Shown here in pieces: positions 36,551 through 48,398 of a stretch of 64,000 bases of DNA. Origin of the DNA: Myxococcota bacterium (GTDB lineage Bacteria > Myxococcota_A > UBA9042); contig CAXNCS010000004.1 of the NCBI GenBank assembly GCA_964201005.1, positions 51,620 to 115,619 on the forward strand, given 5' to 3'. The notes under the pieces were generated by a model that was not told the origin of the DNA, made no database searches, and was given only the letters and a program-made list of their open reading frames with translations. Within the stretch, counting starts at the first letter, position 1; each line of letters starts with the position of its first letter. A program made the translations under genes and the position numbers.

Positions 36551-37602
36551 GGCTTTACCTCGGACTTGTCTGCCTTTTTGCTAGCCTTTTCAGCCTGCTG
36601 GCGCTTCTTCTCGGCCTCAGCCGCTTCCAGTTGCTGGCGGGCGAGGAGCAGCGGTTCGCGCACCTCAGCGCTGCACAGCGGCAGCCCCAGGCGGTAGCGC
36701 AGCGCCTCATAGGCCAGGGCCACTTGGCGGGCCATGCCGCGCACCCGGCCGATGTACTTCTGCCGCTCCGTCACTGAAATCGCCCCGCGGGCGTCCAGGA
36801 CGTTAAAGGCGTGGCTGGCCTTCATGACGTAATCATAGGCCGGCAGCACCAGGCCGTCGGCCACGAGCTTGAGTGCAGACTTCTCAAATTCGTTAAACAT
36901 ATGCAGGTGCAGCGCCACGTCCGCGTGTTCAAAGTTGTGGGCGCTGAACTGCACTTCGTCTTCGTGGTGCACTTCGCCATAGGTGACTGCGCGGCCGTCT
37001 GGCCCATAAGTCCACACCAGGTCGTACACGCTCTCTTTGCCCTGCAGATACATGGTCAAGCGCTCAAGACCGTAGGTGATCTCCGCGCTGATGAGCGGCA
37101 GATCCAGGCCGCCGCACTGCTGAAAATAGGTGAACTGGGTGACTTCCATGCCGTCCAGCCACACTTCCCAGCCCAGACCCCAGGCGCCCAGGGTCGGCGA
37201 CTCCCAGTCGTCCTCCACAAAGCGGATGTCGTGGGCCAGCGGATCGACGCCGATCGCTCGCAGCGAGTCCAGGTAGAGCTCCAGCACCTCTTTGGGCGAG
37301 GGCTTTAGGATGACCTGGTACTGGTAGTAGTGCTGGAGGCGATTGGGGTTATCGCCATAGCGGCCGTCGGTGGGCCGGCGCGAGGGTTCCACATAGGCGG
37401 CGCGCCACGGCTCCGGGCCGATCGCCCGCAAGAAGGTCGACGGGTTGAACGTGCCGGCGCCCTTTTCAAGATCATAGGGTTGCACCAGCAGGCAGCCGCG
37501 CGAACCCCAAAAGGCGTTGAGGCGCTGGATCACGTCCTGAAAGGTGATCGCCACGCGCGGAGCGGTGTCGGCACTGGAATTCTGCAAAGTTGTGGCAGAC
37601 AT
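36547..37602 (-). CDS. glyQ: Glycine--tRNA ligase alpha subunit
   Basis: [47 protein letters not shown] is highly conserved GlyQ sequence. There is a short Lys-rich C-terminal tail. Confidence 0.9.
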   Translation of the reverse strand: MSATTLQNSSADTAPRVAITFQDVIQRLNAFWGSRGCLLVQPYDLEKGAGTFNPSTFLRAIGPEPWRAAYVEPSRRPTDGRYGDNPNRLQHYYQYQVILKPSPKEVLELYLDSLRAIGVDPLAHDIRFVEDDWESPTLGAWGLGWEVWLDGMEVTQFTYFQQCGGLDLPLISAEITYGLERLTMYLQGKESVYDLVWTYGPDGRAVTYGEVHHEDEVQFSAHNFEHADVALHLHMFNEFEKSALKLVADGLVLPAYDYVMKASHAFNVLDARGAISVTERQKYIGRVRGMARQVALAYEALRYRLGLPLCSAEVREPLLLARQQLEAAEAEKKRQQAEKASKKADKSEVKP

Positions 37603-37929
37603 GGGCTATCCGTCCCTGGGCGTGGGGCCGCGGGGCCCAGCAGACTAGCACGATCTCGGCCAGAGCGTCCATGCAGGCGATCGCCGGCGGCCCCGTCGCC
37701 CCTGCCCTTGACGGGCGCAGCGGTCGTCTTACCTTGGCCCGGCCGTTGGGGCCTTGTGGGGTCCAAGCGGTCATCACCCTTATCGGAGCTGGCGCAACAG
37801 CTCGGCCCAGCGGGCGAACCCGCAGTACGGCCACCGCCAGCGAACTGTGCCCAGCGGCTCGACAATCGGCCGCGTTGTTTACGTCTGTGCGCCCACCGAG
37901 GCGCCCAATTTGCACCAGGAGAGAGACCC

Positions 37930-39898
<1,969 letters not shown>

Positions 39899-40039
39899 TC
39901 GGCGAATCCGCCGCGGGCTGACGGCCGGTGCAGGTGGGCGACCCCTTGTGCCGGCCGTTGGCCTGTCAGAGTCCCGCGGTGGTCGAGGCGCAGAGCCGCC
40001 GCCACCTATTGAATCGCCTACAGCTTTGGAGAGGTCGCG

Positions 40040-40645
40040 ATGGCCAAGCACGCCAAGCACGAAGCCGCGCACGAAAGTGCCGATCACGCCGCCGAACCCG
40101 TCGATCACGCCGCCGCGTTGAGCGAAGCCCAGGCCAAGATCGCCGAATTGGAGCCCAAGCTCGCAGAAGCGCTCAAGCGCGCCGATGACGCGGCCGAGCA
40201 GACCCGCGGCTATGCGGCGGCCTATGACAAGGCCCGCGTGGAATTCGCCGCCGTCAAAGAGCGCATGGCCCGCGAGTACGAGCGCAGCATGAAGCGCGAT
40301 CAGGCCAAGGCCATCAACGGCTTGCTCACGGTGCTCGACAACCTCGATCGGTCGCTAGAGAGCGTCAAGCCCGGTGCGGCGGTGGGCGACAGCTTTGTCG
40401 ACGGCGTGCGGATGATTCGCGGCCAGCTCGATCAGGCGCTGGGGGCGATGGGCCTGACGCGCTTTGACGGCTTGGGGGAGCGCTTTGACCCGCTTCGCCA
40501 CCAGGCGATCACCACCATGCCGGTGGCGGATATGGGACAGGACAACGCCGTCGTCCACAGTGTCAGCTCGGGCTGCATCTTTGGCGACGAAGTTGTGCGC
40601 CCCGCCACCGTGGTGGTCGGCAAGTTTGTCGGCGCGGCCGACTGA
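40040..40645 (+). CDS. grpE: Nucleotide exchange factor GrpE
   Basis: Coiled-coil N-terminus and the conserved GrpE core (LLTVLDNLDRSLESV, RFDPLRHQAITTMP, VHSVSSGCIFGDEVVRPATVVVG). It lies directly downstream of groEL. Confidence 0.85.
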   Translation: MAKHAKHEAAHESADHAAEPVDHAAALSEAQAKIAELEPKLAEALKRADDAAEQTRGYAAAYDKARVEFAAVKERMAREYERSMKRDQAKAINGLLTVLDNLDRSLESVKPGAAVGDSFVDGVRMIRGQLDQALGAMGLTRFDGLGERFDPLRHQAITTMPVADMGQDNAVVHSVSSGCIFGDEVVRPATVVVGKFVGAAD

Positions 40646-40782
40646 GTCCAGCAGCCCCGTCCGGCCCAATCCGGTACAGCCCAGTCCTGCCTCGACCGTC
40701 CCCGCCCGCGCGCTGATGCTGCAGTTGCCCAGCGCTTTGACCTTTGCGCGCGCCGATCAGCCGGCCAATTCGCGGAGCTATT

Positions 40783-42312
40783 ATGCAGACCCTTGGCTCA
40801 TTCCTGCAGGACCGCTGGGTGGAGGGCCAGGCGCCTTTCACCGCCCTTCACAATGCGGCGACCGGCGAGGTGGTAGCGCAATGCTCCAGCCGCGGCCTCG
40901 ATCTGCGCGGGGCGCTGGCGTATGCCCGCAAGGTCGGCGGTCCGACGTTGAGGGCAATGAGTTTTGCCCAGCGCGGCGAGCTGCTCGGCAAATTGTCGGC
41001 GGCGATCAACGTCCATCGCGATGAACTGCTCGATGTGTCGCGCTTGAACATGGGCACGACCCGCGGCGATGGCAAGTTTGACGTCGACGGCGCCATGGGC
41101 ACGTTGGCGTTCTATGCCAAGCTCGGCGCCACCTTGGGCGACCGCACGTACCTGCTGGACGGCGATCAGATCCAGTTTTCGCGCTCCAAGCGCTTTGTAG
41201 GTCAGCACATTCTGACCCCCCGCACCGGCGTGGCGATCCATATCAACGCGTTCAATTTTCCCGCCTGGAACTTGAGCGAGAAGCTGGCGGTGGCGATCCT
41301 CGCCGGCGTGCCGGTGCTGGCCAAGCCGGGGACGGCCACGGCGCTGCTGGCGGTCAAGCTGGTGGAGCTGTGGCAGACCCAGGGGCTCCTGCCGGCGGGC
41401 GTGTTGCAGCTGTTGGTGGGATCCGCGGGCGACCTGCTCGACCACGTGGGGCCCCAGGACGCGATTGTGTTCACCGGTTCCGGCGCGACGGGCCAGCAAA
41501 TTCGCGGCCATCAGCAGGTGTTGGCCCACAACGTGCCCGTCAATGTCGAGGCCGACTCGCTCAACGCCTGCGTGTTGGGCCCGGATGTCGAGCCGGGGTC
41601 CGACACCTGGACGATGTTCCTGGCCGAGGTTGTGCGCGAGATGACCCAGAAAGCCGGGCAAAAGTGTACGGCGATCCGGCGGATTCTGGTGCCCTCTGCG
41701 GTGCTAAGTGAGGTCAAGGCCGAGCTCGTGTCGCGGTTGCAGGACCTGCGCGCCGGCGATCCGGGCGACGACCGCACCACCCTGAGCCCGCTGGCCGGGC
41801 CGAGTCAGCAGCGCGATGTCCTGGCCGGCTTGATTGAGGCGCAAAAGCACGCTGAAACCGTGTGGCAGGGCCAAGTGCCCGCCCAAGGCTGCTTTGCCCC
41901 GGCGACTTTGCTGCAGAGCGATCGCGGCCTAGATGCAGAGTACATCCACGATCACGAAGTTTTTGGACCAGTGGCGACCCTGCTGCCGGTCAGCGGCGAG
42001 CCCCAAGAAGTGGTGGCTATCGTCGCCCGAGGCGGCGGCAGTCTGGCGGCCAGCGTGTTTAGCGATGACGCCGCATGGAGCCGCCAAGTGCTCTTGGGCA
42101 TCGCACCGCACACCGGTCGAATCTATTGGGGCAGCGCCAAGGTGTTTGACCAGGGCGTCGGCCACGGCGCGGTGATGCCGTCGCTGGTTCACGGCGGCCC
42201 CGGCAAGGCGGGCGGCGGCGAAGAGCTGGGCGGGGAGCGCGGCCTGCGCTTCTACTCGCAGCGCACGGCGATCCAGGGCGATACCCAGCTGATCAAGGCG
42301 ATATTTCCCTAG
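40783..42312 (+). CDS. Aldehyde dehydrogenase family protein (PaaZ/PaaN-like ring-opening semialdehyde dehydrogenase type)
   Basis: Catalytic Cys region AGQKCTAIRRILVP and an ELGG motif (GEELGGERG). The N-terminal segment FNFPAWNLSEKLAVAILAGVPVLAKP is PaaZ-ALDH-like. The start is the ATG at 40783. Confidence 0.7.
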   Translation: MQTLGSFLQDRWVEGQAPFTALHNAATGEVVAQCSSRGLDLRGALAYARKVGGPTLRAMSFAQRGELLGKLSAAINVHRDELLDVSRLNMGTTRGDGKFDVDGAMGTLAFYAKLGATLGDRTYLLDGDQIQFSRSKRFVGQHILTPRTGVAIHINAFNFPAWNLSEKLAVAILAGVPVLAKPGTATALLAVKLVELWQTQGLLPAGVLQLLVGSAGDLLDHVGPQDAIVFTGSGATGQQIRGHQQVLAHNVPVNVEADSLNACVLGPDVEPGSDTWTMFLAEVVREMTQKAGQKCTAIRRILVPSAVLSEVKAELVSRLQDLRAGDPGDDRTTLSPLAGPSQQRDVLAGLIEAQKHAETVWQGQVPAQGCFAPATLLQSDRGLDAEYIHDHEVFGPVATLLPVSGEPQEVVAIVARGGGSLAASVFSDDAAWSRQVLLGIAPHTGRIYWGSAKVFDQGVGHGAVMPSLVHGGPGKAGGGEELGGERGLRFYSQRTAIQGDTQLIKAIFP

Positions 42313-42335
42313 CGGTGCCGGAGAATGGCCTGGAC

Positions 42336-43484
42336 TCAGCGCCCGGCGGTCAGCACTTTGGACCGGCCATCCGCCAGCATCTCCACCACCACCGTGCCGT
42401 CCCAGCCAGTGCCGTAAAGCGCCGCTTCGACCGTCATGGGCTCAAAAGTCTCGCTCTTGATGCCCACCTGCACGTTGATCGGCCGGCGCTTGCGCGTCAT
42501 CACTTCTTGCAGCATGAGCACGATGTCTTTGCGCGGATGGCCGTACTTCCACGCCGACCACGTCATCTGCCAATTGGGCGGACCCATTGAAAACACCGCG
42601 ACCTCCGGAGTCATGGCCTCGCACAGCTCCGGAATGGTGCCGTTGGCCGCACCGTGGTGGCCCACTTGGTACAGGTCGACATCCAGCATCGGCGTGCCGG
42701 CGTAGCGCTTGAGCAGGTCGCGGATCGCCGGTTCCTCCAAGTCGCCCGTAAAGAGGCCGCTGGCCTTGCCAAAAGCGATCCTGGTCACCACGCTGTGATT
42801 ATTGCCATTTTGGAAGGGGGTCTTGCCAAAACGCATCCCCGGCCAGCCCGGATCGACATCGACCCGGCCCCAAAGCGCGGTAATGCGCGGATCGATCGCC
42901 GGGCATTTGACGGGGTCGAGAATCGGGTCCTCCAGACCGCGGTTGTCGGCGATATCGGCCAAGGCGATCGCCCGGTAGCGAACATCGCTGTGGTCGCGCG
43001 CCCACTGCTGCAGCACCAGCTGGCCCGGCGCACCCGAGCCGCTGCCCTGGCCGTTGTCCACCAAGTTGCGCACGGGATAATTGCTCAGCACCGCCTGTAC
43101 GCCGCGGGTGTGATCGACGTGGGGGTGAGTCAGCAGCAGCACGTCCAAGCCCTTGAGATCGCTGCGCCTGGCAAAGAACGCGTCGAGGTAGCGCACCAGC
43201 GCCGCGTCGGACTGGAACTTGTCGTCCTCTTCGCCGCCCACGTCCATCAGCACGGCACCGCAGGGGAATTCATGAAGGACAGCTAGGCCTTGGCCGACAT
43301 CAATGAAGTGGGCACGCCAACCGTCATTGCTCTGGCCGGCCAGTTCACTGTTGAGGCGGTCGATGCCCTGGCGGGTGCGAGGCGAAACGGTGCCGCTGGC
43401 GATGGCGCCGCCGCAGCCGCTCATCAGCGCAAGAAGGGCCAAAAAGCTAGCTAGACGGACGACAAAAGGCAGGGGGCGGGACAT
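42336..43484 (-). CDS. Metallo-beta-lactamase-fold lipoprotein (ComEC C-terminal-like MBL domain)
   Basis: Lipobox (LALMSGCGGA). MBL motifs HFIDVGQGLAVL...DVGGEED and LLLTHPHVDHTRG. Confidence 0.7.
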   Translation of the reverse strand: MSRPLPFVVRLASFLALLALMSGCGGAIASGTVSPRTRQGIDRLNSELAGQSNDGWRAHFIDVGQGLAVLHEFPCGAVLMDVGGEEDDKFQSDAALVRYLDAFFARRSDLKGLDVLLLTHPHVDHTRGVQAVLSNYPVRNLVDNGQGSGSGAPGQLVLQQWARDHSDVRYRAIALADIADNRGLEDPILDPVKCPAIDPRITALWGRVDVDPGWPGMRFGKTPFQNGNNHSVVTRIAFGKASGLFTGDLEEPAIRDLLKRYAGTPMLDVDLYQVGHHGAANGTIPELCEAMTPEVAVFSMGPPNWQMTWSAWKYGHPRKDIVLMLQEVMTRKRRPINVQVGIKSETFEPMTVEAALYGTGWDGTVVVEMLADGRSKVLTAGR

Positions 43485-43555
43485 TGGACCTCGGGGGGCT
43501 GGTGCCGGGTGCCACCGTAACCCGCGGCGCCGGGACCCGCAACTGTCGTTTGCTG

Positions 43556-45445
43556 TTACTCGCCCGCCCAGATCAACTCGCGCAGCTCGACCCGATGAGT
43601 CAACGCACCGCTGGGCTCCAGGACCGCGGTGATCGCCGCCACAACCCAGGCTTTGCTGCCGATCTGCACGAGCGACGGCGAGAATCCAGCGGCCCCAGGC
43701 ATCGCCGCGGTCTGGAGGGCCCCGGGCTTGCCGGGCAGCACCCCCTTGCGCAGCAGCAGATCGGCGCGGCGGGTATCCTGATGGGCGATCAACAGGTTGC
43801 CAAAGGGGTGGCGGGCCACCGCGACATCCGCCCCCACGCGGTGGTGGCCGTCGCTGCGATCGCCGCTGTCGATGATTTCAGCTTTCCACACGCCGCCTTC
43901 TTCGCGCCACAGCACCAGCCGGCCGCGCTGACTATCCTCCGCCACCGCCCACAGCTGGCCTTGCAGGCCTTCTGCCAGTCTCACAAAGCGCCCGGCGTCT
44001 TGGCTGCCCTGGGGCGGTGCGGCGATAGTCTTTTGCCACAGGGCCCCGACCCGCCGGTAGATCGCCAGATCGCGGCTGTGGCTGCTGTAGGCCGCCGCGA
44101 CCAACTGGCCATTCTGCAGCACCCGCAGGTCCAAGCTAGCGCCGCGGCCCAGCAATTCGGCGTCCAGCGGAGGCGGAGCGAGCGCCGTCGTGCGGCATTG
44201 GCCGGCGCTGCACACTTGGCCGGGCAGGCACGGCGCGCACGCAGTACTCTGGGGCGAGCACTTGGCCGCGCCGGGGCTGTGCCAGATGCAGACCTGGCCG
44301 CTGGGGCAGGGGCCGCCGCAAGGGACGGGCGGCAAAATCACAGATTCTGTGTCAATTTCGCTTGCAGTCCAGTCATTTGACGTAAGGGGGGGGGAGGTTT
44401 TGGCGAGGTAGGCGGTCAAGCGCGCGGCCCGCGGCGGCGAGGCCGAGGGATCGGCGGGTGAGAAGGCCGCGATGATCGGCAGCCCGGTCGCGCTCAGGGT
44501 CAGCGCCACGCGAGTCGCCAAGCCGGGGCCTTGGGCGATTGGATACTCGATGAGGTTTCCGCCACTTCCCAGGTGGGCGTAGCGCAGACCGTCGGCGCTG
44601 TCGTCGCGCAGGGCCACGTGCAAACCTCCACCCGCATCCACCGCTGCGGCCAGGGCGCTGCCGCGATCGGGGCCCGGGACCGCTACACCGCCGCGCGGTC
44701 CGTCGACGGCCGCGACCACCGGCGCTCCTTCGGGCAGTCCGCTGATAATCTGCAGGGATTTCTGAGGGAACGGCGGCGAATTGCCGTAGCGCGCCAGCAC
44801 GGCATCGCCGTAGGTGCGGTCGTAGGCCAGGTGCAAGAGCTCGCCGCCCTTGGACAAAAGCACGCCCGGCGGCGCGCGATCGCCGGCGGCCAAGGGCGGC
44901 AGGGCGGCGCAGCCCAGCTCCGGCGGAACAGCCGCACACCCCTCAGGCATCAGCTCAATTTCGTTGGTAAAGTAGGCCAACTGCCCGGGCATGCACGCCA
45001 CCGATGGCGCCGCCACGCAGCGATCGATGCGCGGCGCGCAGGCTTGGCCAGCCGGGCAGCTGCCGCCGCACGGCGCCTTGGCCACGCAAACCCCAGCGAC
45101 ACAGCCCAGGCCGGCGGCGCAAGGCGAGCTCGCCTCGCAGGGCCGCGGTGCGCATATGCCAAAGCGACATTCTGTTGCGGGATCGAGACATTGGGCTGCA
45201 TCGCCGCAGGCTTGGCGGGTGCGGCACACCCCGGCCTCGCAGCGCTCCGCAAGGCAGCAGTCGCCGTCGCTTTGGCAGAGCACGTCGGCCGTGCAGACGC
45301 CCTTTGGGCTGCAGTGGTAGCGCGAAGGGCACTGCGAGGCGCTGCTGCAGTGCAAGGGCGGCGGCGGGTCTGGTTCGCCACAGCCTAGGCAAAGGCCCCA
45401 AAAGCCTAGGCACATCCAAAGGATTTGCGTGTAGCCGCCGCGCAT
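43556..45445 (-). CDS. Cys-rich secreted lipoprotein, hypothetical (N-terminal region resembles myxobacterial Cys-rich repeat / EGF-like modules)
   Basis: The start is taken at MRGGYTQILWMCLGFWGLCLGCGEP (lipobox), 5 nt after the upstream gene's stop. The N-terminal 150 aa carry about 30 Cys in CxxGxC patterns (CTADVLCQSDGDCC..., CGDAAQCLDPATECRFGIC...). A second Cys cluster follows (PCGGPCPSGQVCIW...CAPCLPGQVCSAGQC). The C-terminal half is beta-rich. The start coordinate is accurate to within a few nt. Confidence 0.55.
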   Translation of the reverse strand: MRGGYTQILWMCLGFWGLCLGCGEPDPPPPLHCSSASQCPSRYHCSPKGVCTADVLCQSDGDCCLAERCEAGVCRTRQACGDAAQCLDPATECRFGICAPRPCEASSPCAAGLGCVAGVCVAKAPCGGSCPAGQACAPRIDRCVAAPSVACMPGQLAYFTNEIELMPEGCAAVPPELGCAALPPLAAGDRAPPGVLLSKGGELLHLAYDRTYGDAVLARYGNSPPFPQKSLQIISGLPEGAPVVAAVDGPRGGVAVPGPDRGSALAAAVDAGGGLHVALRDDSADGLRYAHLGSGGNLIEYPIAQGPGLATRVALTLSATGLPIIAAFSPADPSASPPRAARLTAYLAKTSPPLTSNDWTASEIDTESVILPPVPCGGPCPSGQVCIWHSPGAAKCSPQSTACAPCLPGQVCSAGQCRTTALAPPPLDAELLGRGASLDLRVLQNGQLVAAAYSSHSRDLAIYRRVGALWQKTIAAPPQGSQDAGRFVRLAEGLQGQLWAVAEDSQRGRLVLWREEGGVWKAEIIDSGDRSDGHHRVGADVAVARHPFGNLLIAHQDTRRADLLLRKGVLPGKPGALQTAAMPGAAGFSPSLVQIGSKAWVVAAITAVLEPSGALTHRVELRELIWAGE

Positions 45446-45450
45446 CTGGA

Positions 45451-47322
45451 TCACGGCGAGCCTCCCGCCAGCGGCTGCAGCGCCAGACCCAGCAGCAGCC
45501 AGTCGCCCCCCGGCGCGGCCTGCAGCCCCACCAGCTCCGCGCCGATCGGCAAATTCAGCACCTGCTGCAGCGCCGCCTGGACATCGACATCGAATTTCAG
45601 TGGCTGGGCCAAGAGCAGGCTGACCGCCACTTGGGCCACCGTGGGGGCCAGCGCCGCCCAATCGGCGTGGGGCGCCACGGGATCGCCGACGACTTGCAGC
45701 GAAGCGATGTCGATCTTGCGCACCTGGAGCTTGATCTGCGGACCCAAGACCTGCAGACCCGCTTCAACATGCGCGTCGATCGCCAGCTCTACCAAGGTCA
45801 GCCAGCGCTCGCGCACCCGCGCTTCCACGGCGACTTGCAGGCCGCCTAGGCGCACAGTCACCGCCGTTTCGCTCGCCTCTTGGGCCAGGCTGACCCACGG
45901 TGCGTCCTGGGGCCGGGCCCGCGGAGTCACCGCAATCCGCAGCGGCGCCCCTGCCCCTGTCGCCCCCAGCGCCGCGCCGCTGGCCGCTAGCTGCCTGACT
46001 CCAGGCAGGGCAAGGTCGAGCACCCCAGCGGTCACCAGCAGCTTGCCGCCGGAAACCTGATACAGCGCCTGGGTATCCACCGCCATGCACAGCAGCCCAG
46101 AGCGCAGCAGCGACCAGACCGCCTCATCCACCGCCGTGCGCCGCAGCAGCAAGGCGATATCCACGGGCCGCTGCATCTGGCTGCCGTCCTGGGCAAACGC
46201 CAACATTTGCGCGGGTAACGGCGGCGGCGGGCCGCTCGGCAGCAGGGCAAACACTGCGGTTGCATCCAGCCCCGGCTCCACGGCGCAGGGATGGGCCGGC
46301 GCAAAAACCGCTGCGTCCAAACGAGCTTGCAGCGCCTGGTCCTGCACCACAAAGGCCTGAGGGGCCGGCCGACCGCGCAACCTCAGCGGCCCAGCAGGCT
46401 CGCCCAGCAATTCCGCCAGTGGCGGCGCAGCCTGAGCCACAAGATCGCGGACATCCAGCGGAATCTCAATGTCCAGCGGCTTGCCATTGATCGTCGAGGC
46501 CAGCACCTGCTGAACCAGCAAATTGCCAGCCAGCTCCATGACTTGGGTCAGCAGCGGTCCCAGAGCGTCCTTGAGCACCGACGCCGCGTCACTGGCCAGC
46601 TTGCCCGTCGCGCACAGCTCGCACTCCAGGCACGCCGACTCCAGCAGGACTTTGTCGGTACATTCGGTCAATCCGCAGTCTTTGGCCAGGGTAAAGCCAA
46701 TCTCGTGGATCACCGGCTTTTGCACCTGCACTTGCACCTGCAGCTTGCCGCCCGCATCGACCCCCAGCACCAAATCCATGGCCCCAGACACCGTAGCCAG
46801 CCGCGCCTGGGGGCTGCCGCTCTGCAGGCCGTTCTTGAGGTGGCAGGCCGCGTCGGATTCCAGGCCGGCAAAGCTCGTCGCGCCAAAGACCACGCCCTGC
46901 ACCACGCCGATCTGGGCTTTTTCAAAGCCGATGCGAATGCGCGCGGGATTGGAGCCCTCCACCAGATCGATCTTGAGCGACGCCAAATCCAGCGTCAGCA
47001 CCAGGTTTCTCGCCCCTGCAGAGCCCTTAAACAGCCCAAAACCGCTTGAAAACTTCAAGGGCTGGGGTCCCAACAGCTTGGCCACGTCGATTTGCGCCTG
47101 CCCGCCCGGCCCCGCGCCCAACAGCACCTTGAGCAGGGCCACCAAATTGGCGGCGATGACGTCAAAACCATGTTGGGTCATGCGAAATTGAGTAGCCTGC
47201 TTGATCAGCAGCTGATCCGGGGCCTGGGGCTTGGTCAGCGGGCCGTCGCAGCCGCTACAAGACTGGCCGCCGCACGCCACGAGGGCCAGCGGCAGCAGCA
47301 GCGCCCCCCAGCGCTTCAGCAC
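45451..47322 (-). CDS. Large hypothetical lipoprotein
   Basis: MLKRWGALLLPLALVACGGQSCSGC gives a lipobox. The ORF is 623 aa with good codon bias. It lies between the FHA-GGDEF gene (6-nt gap) and the Cys-rich protein gene (5-nt gap). Confidence 0.55.
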   Translation of the reverse strand: MLKRWGALLLPLALVACGGQSCSGCDGPLTKPQAPDQLLIKQATQFRMTQHGFDVIAANLVALLKVLLGAGPGGQAQIDVAKLLGPQPLKFSSGFGLFKGSAGARNLVLTLDLASLKIDLVEGSNPARIRIGFEKAQIGVVQGVVFGATSFAGLESDAACHLKNGLQSGSPQARLATVSGAMDLVLGVDAGGKLQVQVQVQKPVIHEIGFTLAKDCGLTECTDKVLLESACLECELCATGKLASDAASVLKDALGPLLTQVMELAGNLLVQQVLASTINGKPLDIEIPLDVRDLVAQAAPPLAELLGEPAGPLRLRGRPAPQAFVVQDQALQARLDAAVFAPAHPCAVEPGLDATAVFALLPSGPPPPLPAQMLAFAQDGSQMQRPVDIALLLRRTAVDEAVWSLLRSGLLCMAVDTQALYQVSGGKLLVTAGVLDLALPGVRQLAASGAALGATGAGAPLRIAVTPRARPQDAPWVSLAQEASETAVTVRLGGLQVAVEARVRERWLTLVELAIDAHVEAGLQVLGPQIKLQVRKIDIASLQVVGDPVAPHADWAALAPTVAQVAVSLLLAQPLKFDVDVQAALQQVLNLPIGAELVGLQAAPGGDWLLLGLALQPLAGGSP

Positions 47323-47328
47323 TTCGCT

Positions 47329-48222
47329 TTACCCGACCACGCGGTTGCGGCCTTCGTTCTTGGCGCGGTACAGATTCTCATCCGAGGCAGCGAGCAATTC
47401 CTCAGGCCGAGTCATGGTTTCCACGCAGGTCGCCACTCCCAGCGACGCGGTCATGCGCAGCGAGGTGCCCTCAAACACAAAGGGGTGCTCCTCGATCTGC
47501 ACGCGCAGGGTCTCGGCAAAGCGGATGGCCTTGTCGCGACTCAACTCCGGCACAACGATGCAGAATTCCTCGCCGCCGTAGCGGGCAAACAGCTCCTCCC
47601 GGCGGATCCGCGCCCCCACCAGCTTGGCAAAGTCGCGCAGCACAAAGTCGCCCATCAGGTGGCCGTAGGTGTCATTGACCCGCTTGAAAAAGTCCAGATC
47701 AATCATGATCACGCTGAGTTCGCGCTGATACCTCTTGGCCCGGGCAAACTCCTTGTCCAGGAACTCGAGCAGTGCGCGCTTGTTGGCCACCTGGGTCAGG
47801 CTGTCTTCGATGGTCAGGCGGTAGATCTCTTCGTGAAAGGCCGCCTCGATGTTGTCGCCGCTGAGGAATTTGAAAATGCTGTCGCCGACCTGGATGTAGT
47901 CGCCCGTGCTCAGCAGCGCCGAACCGTGCACCTGCGCCTCATTGCGGTAGGTGCCGTTGGTCGATTGGTTGTCCACCAAGCGGTAGCCGCCGCTGTCCGG
48001 CTCAATCCGCGCGTGGTAGCGGGACACGCTGTCCGAGCGCAGCGGCACCGTGCTCTCCGGGTCGCGGCCGATGCTGACAATGCGATCCGTCAGCGGAATC
48101 CGCTTGCCCAGCTCCGGCCCGCGCACCATCACCAGGAACGCATCGCGCGACCGACCGGGCAGGGCCAAGTCCTTGACGGCGGTGATGCGGGTCTGGGCAT
48201 CCAACTGATTGGGATTGCTCAT
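47329..48222 (-). CDS. FHA-domain / GGDEF-domain diguanylate cyclase
   Basis: FHA region (LVMVRGPELGKRIPLTDRIVSIGRDPESTVPLRSDSVSRYHARIE...NGTYRN). GGDEF region has an intact GGEEF (RYGGEEFCIVVPE) and the upstream RxxD-like context. The start is the ATG at 48220-48222. Confidence 0.85.
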   Translation of the reverse strand: MSNPNQLDAQTRITAVKDLALPGRSRDAFLVMVRGPELGKRIPLTDRIVSIGRDPESTVPLRSDSVSRYHARIEPDSGGYRLVDNQSTNGTYRNEAQVHGSALLSTGDYIQVGDSIFKFLSGDNIEAAFHEEIYRLTIEDSLTQVANKRALLEFLDKEFARAKRYQRELSVIMIDLDFFKRVNDTYGHLMGDFVLRDFAKLVGARIRREELFARYGGEEFCIVVPELSRDKAIRFAETLRVQIEEHPFVFEGTSLRMTASLGVATCVETMTRPEELLAASDENLYRAKNEGRNRVVG

Positions 48223-48398
48223 GATCTCGTGCCGAGGGAGGTCCAAGCGCGGCGGCGCCAACGGAGGCGCAGGGGAGGCGGCGCGGTGTCGAAGTGGGCC
48301 CTGGTTCCCGCTTTCGACTAAACTCAGATCATGCCACTGCACACAGGGCGGCGCAATCCTTCCGCGCAGACCGCTGATTTACTGGCAAAAAACCGGTC

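Noticed and set aside
37603-37929. CIRCE/HrcA operator or sigma32 promoter upstream of groES
   Set aside because: No match to TTAGCACTC-N9-GAGTGCTAA was found by eye. The match to CTTGAAA/CCCCAT-type elements is too weak to call.
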